Positions 1-7,969 of a DNA stretch of 14,975 nt are shown here, piece after piece. The DNA is taken from NCBI GenBank assembly GCA_038127595.1, contig JAYPIC010000041.1, positions 1 to 14,975 of the forward strand, written 5' to 3'. Each line of letters starts with the position of its first letter. Within the stretch, counting starts at the first letter, position 1. Below the pieces are notes generated by a model. The model worked only from the letters and a program-made list of their open reading frames with translations, did not search any database and was not told where the DNA came from. The position numbers and the translations under genes were made by a program. This DNA is from a bacterium (GTDB taxonomy: Bacteria; Fidelibacterota; Marinisomatia; Marinisomatales; UBA1611).

Positions 1-171
1 ATCTTCATCATTTAAATTTCTAGCCACAGCTCCAGGAATGTCAAATGCACCAGGTACATCGATAAGCTTCAAATCTTCTTTTATTTTTGTCCCCTCAAGT
101 GATTTAATAAATCCATTGTAAAGACCATCTGTTATATCAGAATTAAATAAACTTTTTACTACATATATCAT
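1..171 (-). CDS. ribH: 6,7-dimethyl-8-ribityllumazine synthase, 5' part (runs off the left edge; not in ORF track)
   Basis: Manual translation from ATG at 171..169, which overlaps the ribBA TGA stop (TGATG): MIYVVKSLFNSDITDGLYNGFIKSLEGTKIKEDLKLIDVPGAFDIPGAVARNLNDED. It matches the lumazine synthase motifs FN.xIT.xL and VPGAF[ED]IP and follows ribD-ribE-ribBA. Confidence 0.93.
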   Translation of the reverse strand, partial: MIYVVKSLFNSDITDGLYNGFIKSLEGTKIKEDLKLIDVPGAFDIPGAVARNLNDED

Positions 172-1367
172 CAGTCAAATATGTGCCCTAATTTTTTTTC
201 TTTCGTTGATAAATATCTTTCATTTTCAGGTTCTGTTGGCATTTTGATCTTAATTCTTTCACATATCTCTAAACCGTGACCTTCTAAACCAACTAATTTT
301 TTAGGATTATTTGTCATCACATTGAGTTTAGTAACTCCAAGGTCTTTTAGAATTTGCGCTCCTGTTCCATAATCTCTCATATCAGGAGGAAACCCAAGCT
401 TCTCATTTGCCTCAACAGTATCTAAGCCCTCATCTTGAAGCTTGTATGCCTGAATTTTGTGTTTAAGACCTATTCCTCTACCTTCTTGCTTTAAATAAAT
501 AATTATACCTGAGCCAGCCTCAACAATTTTCTTCATGGCATGATCTAGCTGAGCTCCACAATCACATCTTTTTGATGAAAAAATATCACCAGTAACGCAT
601 TCTGAATGAACTCTTATAAGAGTTGGTTTTTTCTTATCTATCTTCCCATGGGTAAGTGCAATATGTTGTTTACTTTCAAATTTATCTTGGTATAGATGTA
701 AGGTAAAATCTCCATAATCAGTAGGCAGTTTAGTTGTCTCTATCTTCTCAATTAAGGATTTTTTTATTCTTACATATGAAATGAGTTCTGCGATTGATAT
801 TAACTTAAGATCATGTTCGTCAGCAAAATTTTGCAATTCTTTTCCCCTGAGCATCGTTCCATCTTCAGCCATTATTTCACACAGCACGCCACTAGATTTA
901 AACCCAGCTAATTCAGCTAACTCTAAACTAGCTTCAGTATGACCTGACCTTCTTAATATACCTCCGTCTTTTGCAAGGATAGGAAATATGTGCCCGGGCC
1001 TTGCAAAATCTTCAGGTTTAGAATTTTCATCAACCATTAATCTTATGGTCTTTGATCTATCTTGAGCTGATATTCCTGTAGTAGTATCTTTTACAGCATC
1101 TATACTTACTGTAAAGTTAGTTTCATGAAGGCTGGTATTTTTTTGTTCCATAAGATCAAGTTGCAACCTTTTTGCGTCCTCTTTATTTATAGATACACAT
1201 ATAAGTCCTCTAGCATATTTTGCCATAAAATTAACAGCTTCAGGAGTTATCATTTCTGAGGCCATAATCAAATCACCTTCATTCTCCCTATCAGCATCAT
1301 CTGTTACAATGACAAATTTACCATTTTGAATATCTTCAATAGCTGCTTGTATTTTTTCTCTAAACAT
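171..1367 (-). CDS. ribBA: Bifunctional 3,4-dihydroxy-2-butanone-4-phosphate synthase / GTP cyclohydrolase II
   Basis: N-terminal DHBP synthase motifs (DDADRENEGDL, TTTGISAQDR, RPGHIFP, RSGHTEA) and C-terminal GTP cyclohydrolase II motifs (RVHSECVTGD..CDCG, QEGRGIGL, TNNPKK). Confidence 0.98.
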   Translation of the reverse strand: MFREKIQAAIEDIQNGKFVIVTDDADRENEGDLIMASEMITPEAVNFMAKYARGLICVSINKEDAKRLQLDLMEQKNTSLHETNFTVSIDAVKDTTTGISAQDRSKTIRLMVDENSKPEDFARPGHIFPILAKDGGILRRSGHTEASLELAELAGFKSSGVLCEIMAEDGTMLRGKELQNFADEHDLKLISIAELISYVRIKKSLIEKIETTKLPTDYGDFTLHLYQDKFESKQHIALTHGKIDKKKPTLIRVHSECVTGDIFSSKRCDCGAQLDHAMKKIVEAGSGIIIYLKQEGRGIGLKHKIQAYKLQDEGLDTVEANEKLGFPPDMRDYGTGAQILKDLGVTKLNVMTNNPKKLVGLEGHGLEICERIKIKMPTEPENERYLSTKEKKLGHIFD

Positions 1368-1962
1368 TTTTCGTATGAGGCTTTGAAAAGTTTTCTACAT
1401 ATTTTGCTACAATATCAATTTCAAGATTAAGAGAATCTGAAATATTTTTAGTACCAAAATTAGTGATTTTTAGTGTATGAGGTATGAGAGCAATATCGAA
1501 ATCGTTATTGTTTATTTTCGCAACAGTTAAACTTAACCCATCCAGTCCGACATAACCTTTTTCAACTATGTATTTCATCATACCTTGATCAACTGAAATA
1601 TTAAAAATTGCGGAATTTTCAAAATGTTGTATGTCCTTGATTTGAACTACAGTATCTACATGCCCCTGCAGATAATGACCTCCCATCCTTGTTGTAGGAA
1701 GCATAGCTCTTTCGAGATTAATTATTGTGCCTTCATTCCAATATTTTGCAGTAGATCTTTCAATGGTTTCAGGAACCATTTCAACCTGAAATGAGCTCTT
1801 ATTTTGCTTAACAACAGTTAAGCAAATACCGGAGCAACAGATGCTGTCATTGATACTAATATCATTATTGTCCAGACTATGATTGACAGTAATGCGCACA
1901 ATGTCGTCATCTCGCTCAAGAGATGCAATTATACCTTTTCCCTCTGCTATTCCAGTAAACAT
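1360..1962 (-). CDS. ribE: Riboflavin synthase (alpha chain)
   Basis: N-terminal MFTGI, G.CLTV, NLERAM...GGHYLQGHVD, G.SLTV and NLEID. Overlaps ribBA by 8 bp. Confidence 0.97.
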   Translation of the reverse strand: MFTGIAEGKGIIASLERDDDIVRITVNHSLDNNDISINDSICCSGICLTVVKQNKSSFQVEMVPETIERSTAKYWNEGTIINLERAMLPTTRMGGHYLQGHVDTVVQIKDIQHFENSAIFNISVDQGMMKYIVEKGYVGLDGLSLTVAKINNNDFDIALIPHTLKITNFGTKNISDSLNLEIDIVAKYVENFSKPHTKNV

Positions 1963-1965
1963 CTC

Positions 1966-2982
1966 TTAATTAGCATTCCTTGTGTATATAATTTTTACAT
2001 CATCGCCAATCATTTTAGCATCAACAATTTTAAGACCATAATTTTTCTTTATACTACTTTTCCCTTGAAAAATATTAAGCCCCTCACCTAAAAATTTTGG
2101 AGCAATATAACAATGTAATTCATCAAATACCCCAGAGTTTATAAAACCTGAAATTGTTTTAGCTCCACCCTCAACAAGAAGTGACTGAACATTCTTTTTG
2201 TACAGGTCATTTACGATGAAACTAATATTTTTTTCATAATTATCAGTTAATTCTTTAGAAGAATACACTATTGGTTCTTTTTTAAATAAATTTAAAGAAC
2301 TTAGGTCTTCATCATTATTGATGACGACGATTTTGGGATCCTTTGCAAGTCCATGAGAGCCTAAATTGGGATTATCTAGCCTTGCAGTATTCGAGCCAAC
2401 AAGTATTGCATCACACATGGATCTTGTATAATGATTTTCCTTTCTAGACTTTTCATTTGTTATCCATTTTGAATAACCATCATTCTCAGCAACGAATCCA
2501 TCAAGGGTAGATGCATATTTTAAAATAACGTACGGTCTTTTTTGTTCATGGAATACGTAGAACCTTTTGTTTAAGGCTCTAGCTTCTTCTTTCAATAACC
2601 CCACCTCGACATCAATCCCACTACGCTTTATTTTTTCAATACTGCCAGACGCCTTCTTGTTTGGATCTTTTTCTGCAATAACAATTCTTTTAAAAATTTC
2701 GGGATCAATTAAATCCGAGCATGCTCCAGTCTTACCAACATGAGCGCAAGGCTCCAAACTAACATACATTGTAAGACCCCTCGCAGATTTATCTAATTTT
2801 TGCAAGGCATCATGCTCAGCATGATCACCACCAAACATTTTATGATAACCTGTACTCAAAATTTTACCACCATCATGAATCACACAACCTACTGCAGGAT
2901 TCGGGTAAACATGAGGAATACCACGTTTTGCTTCTTCAATAGCTTTAAACATCAGTTCTTTATCTAATGCCAGATTGTTCAT
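1966..2982 (-). CDS. ribD: Bifunctional diaminohydroxyphosphoribosylaminopyrimidine deaminase / 5-amino-6-(5-phosphoribosylamino)uracil reductase
   Basis: PNPAVGC, Zn-deaminase HAE and LEPCAHVGKTGAC; reductase motifs KYASTLDG, SKWIT, DAILVG and LLVEGG. Confidence 0.97.
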   Translation of the reverse strand: MNNLALDKELMFKAIEEAKRGIPHVYPNPAVGCVIHDGGKILSTGYHKMFGGDHAEHDALQKLDKSARGLTMYVSLEPCAHVGKTGACSDLIDPEIFKRIVIAEKDPNKKASGSIEKIKRSGIDVEVGLLKEEARALNKRFYVFHEQKRPYVILKYASTLDGFVAENDGYSKWITNEKSRKENHYTRSMCDAILVGSNTARLDNPNLGSHGLAKDPKIVVINNDEDLSSLNLFKKEPIVYSSKELTDNYEKNISFIVNDLYKKNVQSLLVEGGAKTISGFINSGVFDELHCYIAPKFLGEGLNIFQGKSSIKKNYGLKIVDAKMIGDDVKIIYTRNAN

Positions 2983-2985
2983 ATG

Positions 2986-3495
2986 TTAATTTGGCTTCTT
3001 AAAGGAAAAAAAATAAAGTCCCAAAGCAATAATATTTAAAAGTATTTCAAAAATGGAAAGTAGCTTATTTTCAAAATAAAAAGTTAAATACGGGGGTATA
3101 AGCATTTGCCATATAGGAATATTGCCATTTTCTGGTATGATTGGATATAAAAAGTAATCTACATCATTAAAAGGATATAGCCATTTAATACCAACAGTCC
3201 TGGCTGTTATATAATCAGTAAGAAGATGAACAAAAGTACCTATGAAAAGTATAATGAAAAATGTTTTTACATTAGTGCTTTTTTTATAATACCCTACTAG
3301 CCAACCAAAGGCACAGATAACAATCCAAAAGAATTGAGTATGTAAAATGCTGTGATGCTCTACAACCGATGCAGACCAAAACCCATCTATATCTGGGATC
3401 CAAGCAGATAAAACCCATATGGGAAGCCATTTTTTTTCAAAAAGATTCGATCTATGTAGTATGTAACCTGTTGCAAGATGAGAATTAATAAACAT
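2986..3495 (-). CDS. Membrane-bound metal-dependent hydrolase (YdjM/DUF457-like)
   Basis: N-terminal His (SHL), PDID, HH...H, HLLTD and GIKWLYPF motifs, plus several hydrophobic helices. Stop is 3 bp before the ribD ATG. Confidence 0.8.
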   Translation of the reverse strand: MFINSHLATGYILHRSNLFEKKWLPIWVLSAWIPDIDGFWSASVVEHHSILHTQFFWIVICAFGWLVGYYKKSTNVKTFFIILFIGTFVHLLTDYITARTVGIKWLYPFNDVDYFLYPIIPENGNIPIWQMLIPPYLTFYFENKLLSIFEILLNIIALGLYFFSFKKPN

Positions 3496-3533
3496 ATAAT
3501 TGGTTAAAACATCTGATTAATAGCTTAAAAAAT

Positions 3534-5282
3534 TCAATTCTTCTTTTTTCGATATTTCCTCTTGGCAAACGATTGCCTCAATCTATTCTTTGGCCTACTA
3601 CTTGATCTAGCTTTATAATTTTCTTTTTTAGACCTATCCTTTTTATGCCTAGGAGCTGGTTTAGACTTTTCGACTTTAATTACAAAATCTTCAAACTTTT
3701 TTTTATTTAATGATTTGATCAAAATCTCAGAGAAATCTGAATCAATCTCAAAAAAAGAAAAACTTTTCATGATTTCGATTTTTCCTATTTCTATGTTTTT
3801 TGATTTTAGGTTGTCATTAATTAAACCAATTAGCTTAACAGGATTTAATTTATTTTTTGATCCAATGTTTATATGAAATCTGGAAAAGTTTCCCCCTCTG
3901 CCTTTTTTCTGATTTCTTCGATTTCTTTTGGATTCCTTTCCTTTAAAATCCTTAGAACCAATATTAATATCTCTTGCGTTTTTATAATATGAAACAAATC
4001 GATTAAATTCTTCTGAAACGAATCTTTTTATCAGCTCATCTCTAGAAAGACCCTCAAGCTTCGCATTAATTTTTTCTAGAAAAGGTTCGATGATTTCATT
4101 ATTTACTTCAACCGTTTTTACTTTATCAATTAATGAGAATAGTTGTTTTTTGCATATATCTTCTCCTGTAGGGACTGGTTGTTTCTCAAAAGTTATTTTT
4201 GAGACCCGTTCAATTTCTTTTAACCTGCGTGTTTCTCTAGAATGAATGATTGCTATTGATATGCCCTTTCTCCCTGCTCTTCCTGTACGTCCACTCCTGT
4301 GCGTGTATACCTCTGGATCATCAGGTAGATTGAAATTAATAATGTGAGAAAGGTCATTTACGTCTAACCCCCTAGATGCAACATCAGTAGCTACAAGGAT
4401 CTGCAATTGTCTTCTTCTAAATTTTCTCATCACATCATCACGCTGAGATTGTGAAAGATCCCCGTGTAGCGCGTCAGCATTATAACCATCAAACATTAAT
4501 TTGCTGGCAACATCCTTCGTTTCCCTCCTAGTCCTGCAAAAAACAATGCCATATATATTTGGATTAATATCTGCAATCCTTTTAACCACTTCATAGCGGT
4601 CTCTTGCCTGAACCATATGAAAAACATGTTTTACATTTACCGAAGCAGTATTTACTCTATCAACAGCAATAGTTACAGGATCATTCATATATTGTTTTAC
4701 AATTGATTCAACTTTCTTGGGCATTGTAGCAGAGAAAAGTAACTTCTGACTTTCTCCAGTTATTTTAGATAAAATAAAATCAAGGTCATCCTTAAATCCC
4801 ATCGATAGCATCTCATCTGCCTCATCTAGAACAATTCTTTGCACTTTATCAATGAACAACTTCTTCCTTGTTAGAAGATCTTTTGTTCTTCCAGGCGTTC
4901 CAACAACAATGTGAGAACGTTTTTTTATTGATTTGATTTGTTTTTCAATACTCGCACCACCATAAATAGAAACTATACCAAGCTTATCAATGTATTTAGA
5001 ATATGCCCTAAGGTCATTAGCAACCTGCATACATAATTCTCTCGTCGGACATAATATCAAAGTCTGAGTTCCCGGTTCATCCAAATTAGTTAGGTGGATA
5101 GATGGCAAACCAAAAGCTGCTGTTTTCCCAGTTCCTGTTTGAGCAGAGCCGATCATATCTTGATCAGAGTCCATTAAAATAGGAATAGTTTTAGCCTGAA
5201 TTGGGGTTGGCTTAATAAAGCCAAGCTCTGCTAAGGCTTTATTCAAATCCTTATTCAAATTTATTTCATTGAAAGTTTGCAT
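3534..5282 (-). CDS. DEAD-box ATP-dependent RNA helicase (DeaD/CsdA-like) with C-terminal DbpA-type RNA-binding domain and basic tail
   Basis: Q motif PTPIQ, AQTGTGKT, PTREL, TPGR, DEAD, SAT, HGDLSQ and HRSGRTGRAG. C-terminal FHINIG...IGKIEI...FSFFEI domain followed by a K/R-rich tail. Confidence 0.96.
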   Translation of the reverse strand: MQTFNEINLNKDLNKALAELGFIKPTPIQAKTIPILMDSDQDMIGSAQTGTGKTAAFGLPSIHLTNLDEPGTQTLILCPTRELCMQVANDLRAYSKYIDKLGIVSIYGGASIEKQIKSIKKRSHIVVGTPGRTKDLLTRKKLFIDKVQRIVLDEADEMLSMGFKDDLDFILSKITGESQKLLFSATMPKKVESIVKQYMNDPVTIAVDRVNTASVNVKHVFHMVQARDRYEVVKRIADINPNIYGIVFCRTRRETKDVASKLMFDGYNADALHGDLSQSQRDDVMRKFRRRQLQILVATDVASRGLDVNDLSHIINFNLPDDPEVYTHRSGRTGRAGRKGISIAIIHSRETRRLKEIERVSKITFEKQPVPTGEDICKKQLFSLIDKVKTVEVNNEIIEPFLEKINAKLEGLSRDELIKRFVSEEFNRFVSYYKNARDINIGSKDFKGKESKRNRRNQKKGRGGNFSRFHINIGSKNKLNPVKLIGLINDNLKSKNIEIGKIEIMKSFSFFEIDSDFSEILIKSLNKKKFEDFVIKVEKSKPAPRHKKDRSKKENYKARSSSRPKNRLRQSFAKRKYRKKKN

Positions 5283-5381
5283 TTTATATTTCTTCCGACT
5301 GTTTTATCATTCACTAATCAGTCTAGAAAGCATCACAAATAAATACAACTAGATGTGAGTTTATAAGGCTGTGTTAGGGCG

Positions 5382-5410
5382 AGAATATAAGCGTTTAATT
5401 AATAGGTCAC
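5382..5410 (-). promoter_or_regulatory. Candidate sigma70-type promoter for the helicase-hydrolase-rib unit
   Basis: Minus strand GTGACC (5410-5405), 17-nt spacer, TATTCT (5387-5382), then a GC-rich CGCCC discriminator-like sequence. Confidence 0.45.
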
Positions 5411-7110
5411 TATGGAATTGGCCCAATTATAAAATCCATTCGAATCTCCTGACCAAAATCAGGAGAGAATTTTATTAGTTCAGTATAATTTACATCATAG
5501 AAACCAAGTTCTCCAGCGATGCCAATTGAATCTTTTTGCTTCCACCATAATCGATCAATTCCATCCTCATTTTTATCATTAAAGTGAAATTGATAAAAAC
5601 CTTCATTTAGGTTAATTGCTACATTGTATTCAGAACTGTCAAGAAACGTGTTTCCAGAATAATAAATATTCCCATCATAATCGCTAATTTTAAAAGAATT
5701 TTGTTTAGCTCTTCCATGGTTATTGGTTTTTAGCCTCATTATAAAATTTTCTGGAAATACGGATGGTATATTTACTTTGGACATAAGTTTATTATCAATA
5801 TCGTTCTCATCTTTACGACCATTTATTGTGACTGCATCAACATAAAAATATTGTTCATCCCTTAATCCTTGCCAATCATTCATTGGTAACGTAATAATTA
5901 CATCATCTAGGAATTGCAAATTACCCCTCCAATGATAAATAGATTTATGCCCCCCTTTCAACCCATAAAAAAACTTTACTCTTCTTATTTCTTGAGTTCC
6001 AATATTTTTTATTCTAACTCTTGGCTTATCAAGAGTAGGGTTAAATCTTGAATGTCTATCTTCAGAGCTCGGATTGATAATATCTACCAACTCTAAATTT
6101 CTGTTAAAATTTGGCGGCCCAAATGAAAATAACTGATGACTCATTCTGTAAATACCTTTACGCTCACTTGTATCTCTCATTGCCTCTATCTCGTAATCAA
6201 ATGCAATAGTTTGACCTGGATTGACTAAATATGTAATGTCAAAAACCATTTCATCTACTTTTGTTCCGGGGCACCATCCTGCCCTATCGTAAGGCCATGT
6301 TCCACCTTGGGGATATATTGGGTTATTACCACAATCTTTCCAAACTTTCCATGAATGCTCTTTTAACTCATTTATAAAAAAATAATGAGATTTTTCAACC
6401 CATTCGCAGCAATAATTTGGCCCCTCATGACCATGTCCACTAATTATTGATTTAATACTAAAGTGAGATGCGGCAGGACTTAAATCAATTTTTCTAGGCT
6501 TAAGTACTTTGTTCTCCACTATATCACCATATTCATAGGTATATCCATAATGTCCATCATACTCGCCTAGTGGATATATGTTTTGAATTGATATAGGATT
6601 GCGAGGCGGTACGCCTTCAATAAATTCAAATTTTAAATCTAATAATTCTTGATTATTTCCGATGCGCAGTCTTTTTTTACCTCGTAAAAGTGGCGCATAA
6701 TCTGTCAAGTCGTATACCCATTCCCAGCCTTTTTCTCCTCCCATTTCAAGCCTTTTCCCATATGGCGTAACAAAACTACCAAGTTTATATGCCTCTACTG
6801 TATCATTAACAGGAATGAATATTAAAGCATCCCAAATGTAATCCCATTCCCCGCAATCATATTTGTCAGCGCTAGTTCTAGGATCACACTTAAGGGTTTG
6901 TTTCATTAAAATCTTTCTCCAGGTTTTGTCCACTTGAGGAAATTCTACCTTAACATCATATTGAGCAACCCAACCGATAGGGCTCGGGGTATCAAAACTT
7001 ATGGGATGGACGATTAAGGTATCTTGAGGATATAACTGATTTGAAACAAAAACAGATATAAATAAAGTAAAAAATATGTATCTATCTAGTAATTTAGAAT
7101 CTTTAATAAT
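5410..7110 (-). CDS. Peptide-N-glycosidase F-related secreted protein (start uncertain; ORF track starts at GTG 6933, true start probably about 7077-7116)
   Basis: PNGase F-like motifs CGEWDY, FVTPYG, GHG...CCEW and WPYDRAGWCPG. The frame stays open upstream of 6933 and encodes IIKDSKLLDRYIFFTLFISVFVSNQLYPQDTLIVHPISFDTPSPIGWVAQYDVKVEFPQ, a signal-peptide-like segment plus a mature N-terminus. Confidence 0.82.
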   Translation of the reverse strand: MIKDSKLLDRYIFFTLFISVFVSNQLYPQDTLIVHPISFDTPSPIGWVAQYDVKVEFPQVDKTWRKILMKQTLKCDPRTSADKYDCGEWDYIWDALIFIPVNDTVEAYKLGSFVTPYGKRLEMGGEKGWEWVYDLTDYAPLLRGKKRLRIGNNQELLDLKFEFIEGVPPRNPISIQNIYPLGEYDGHYGYTYEYGDIVENKVLKPRKIDLSPAASHFSIKSIISGHGHEGPNYCCEWVEKSHYFFINELKEHSWKVWKDCGNNPIYPQGGTWPYDRAGWCPGTKVDEMVFDITYLVNPGQTIAFDYEIEAMRDTSERKGIYRMSHQLFSFGPPNFNRNLELVDIINPSSEDRHSRFNPTLDKPRVRIKNIGTQEIRRVKFFYGLKGGHKSIYHWRGNLQFLDDVIITLPMNDWQGLRDEQYFYVDAVTINGRKDENDIDNKLMSKVNIPSVFPENFIMRLKTNNHGRAKQNSFKISDYDGNIYYSGNTFLDSSEYNVAINLNEGFYQFHFNDKNEDGIDRLWWKQKDSIGIAGELGFYDVNYTELIKFSPDFGQEIRMDFIIGPIP

Positions 7111-7121
7111 AAAAATTTGAT

Positions 7122-7895
7122 TTAACTCTGGGAGCGAGTAAAAACAGGCTTTATATCCGTTGATAAGGATGCATCATAAGAATACCCGTCTGAATTGAAA
7201 TATAGAAGGTCTTTTGGATCATTAATTCTATTTTCTATGATGTGACGAGCCATCATTCCTCGAGCTTTTTTTGCATAAAAAGAAATCATTTTCAGACTAC
7301 CATTTTTGATTTCTTTAAACTCTGGAGTTATCACCATGGCTTCCAAAGATCCATTACTGATCGATTTAAAGTATTCATTGGACGCGCAGTTTACAATTAT
7401 TTTATGGTTATGATTCTTAAGCTCTGTCGATATGTTGGCAGCAATACTATCGCCCCAAAACTCATACAAATTCTTTCCTTTATTGTTATTTAATCTTGTT
7501 CCCATTTCTAACCTATATGGGAGCATTAGGTCTAGGGGTTTCAATAAACCATAAAGGCCTGACAGTATACGAATGTTATCCTGAGCAAATAGAACATCTT
7601 TTTCTGATAAAGTATCTGCATCTAAACCATTGTACGTGTCTCCCTTAAATGTAAAGAAAGCTTCCCTAGATACATTTGGAGAATAATCTGATGTCCAGGA
7701 CTGAAATCTTTCCCAATTAAGTTCAGAAAGGTTTTGACTGATTCCCATCAAGTTTTGAAGCTGGTCAGGCTTCATTTTTTTTAAAATTCCTACTAAACTA
7801 TCAGATTGATCAAGAAATACAGGCTTCGTATGCGCATTGCCCTTTGATGAGCACTCACTTGAAAGTTTTTTTGCTGGAGATAAAACTGTAATCAT
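7122..7895 (-). CDS. yaaA: Peroxide stress protein YaaA (DUF328/UPF0246)
   Basis: LSPAKK, F.GDTY.GLD, ILSGLYGLLKPLD...YRLEMGT, NCASNEY and ISFYAKKARG; 257 aa. Confidence 0.96.
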   Translation of the reverse strand: MITVLSPAKKLSSECSSKGNAHTKPVFLDQSDSLVGILKKMKPDQLQNLMGISQNLSELNWERFQSWTSDYSPNVSREAFFTFKGDTYNGLDADTLSEKDVLFAQDNIRILSGLYGLLKPLDLMLPYRLEMGTRLNNNKGKNLYEFWGDSIAANISTELKNHNHKIIVNCASNEYFKSISNGSLEAMVITPEFKEIKNGSLKMISFYAKKARGMMARHIIENRINDPKDLLYFNSDGYSYDASLSTDIKPVFTRSQS

Positions 7896-7969
7896 ATTTT
7901 AATTTATAAAATTATCATAATAAACGTAAAACAATGTTTGAAACATTTTTAAAAATAATAAATTATTTA

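Noticed and set aside
1879..2091. 70-aa plus-strand ORF
   Set aside because: Antisense to ribE/ribD with no recognisable motif; shadow ORF.
2983..5409. FMN riboswitch upstream of the rib genes
   Set aside because: The intergenic gaps of 3 and 38 bp are too short, and the 127-bp helicase leader lacks the conserved FMN riboswitch sequence blocks.
6931..6933. GTG start of the PNGase F-like gene as given in the ORF track
   Set aside because: It would remove a signal-peptide-like segment and N-terminal sequence encoded in the open upstream frame.
7242..7493. 83-aa plus-strand ORF
   Set aside because: Lies entirely antisense within yaaA; no support.
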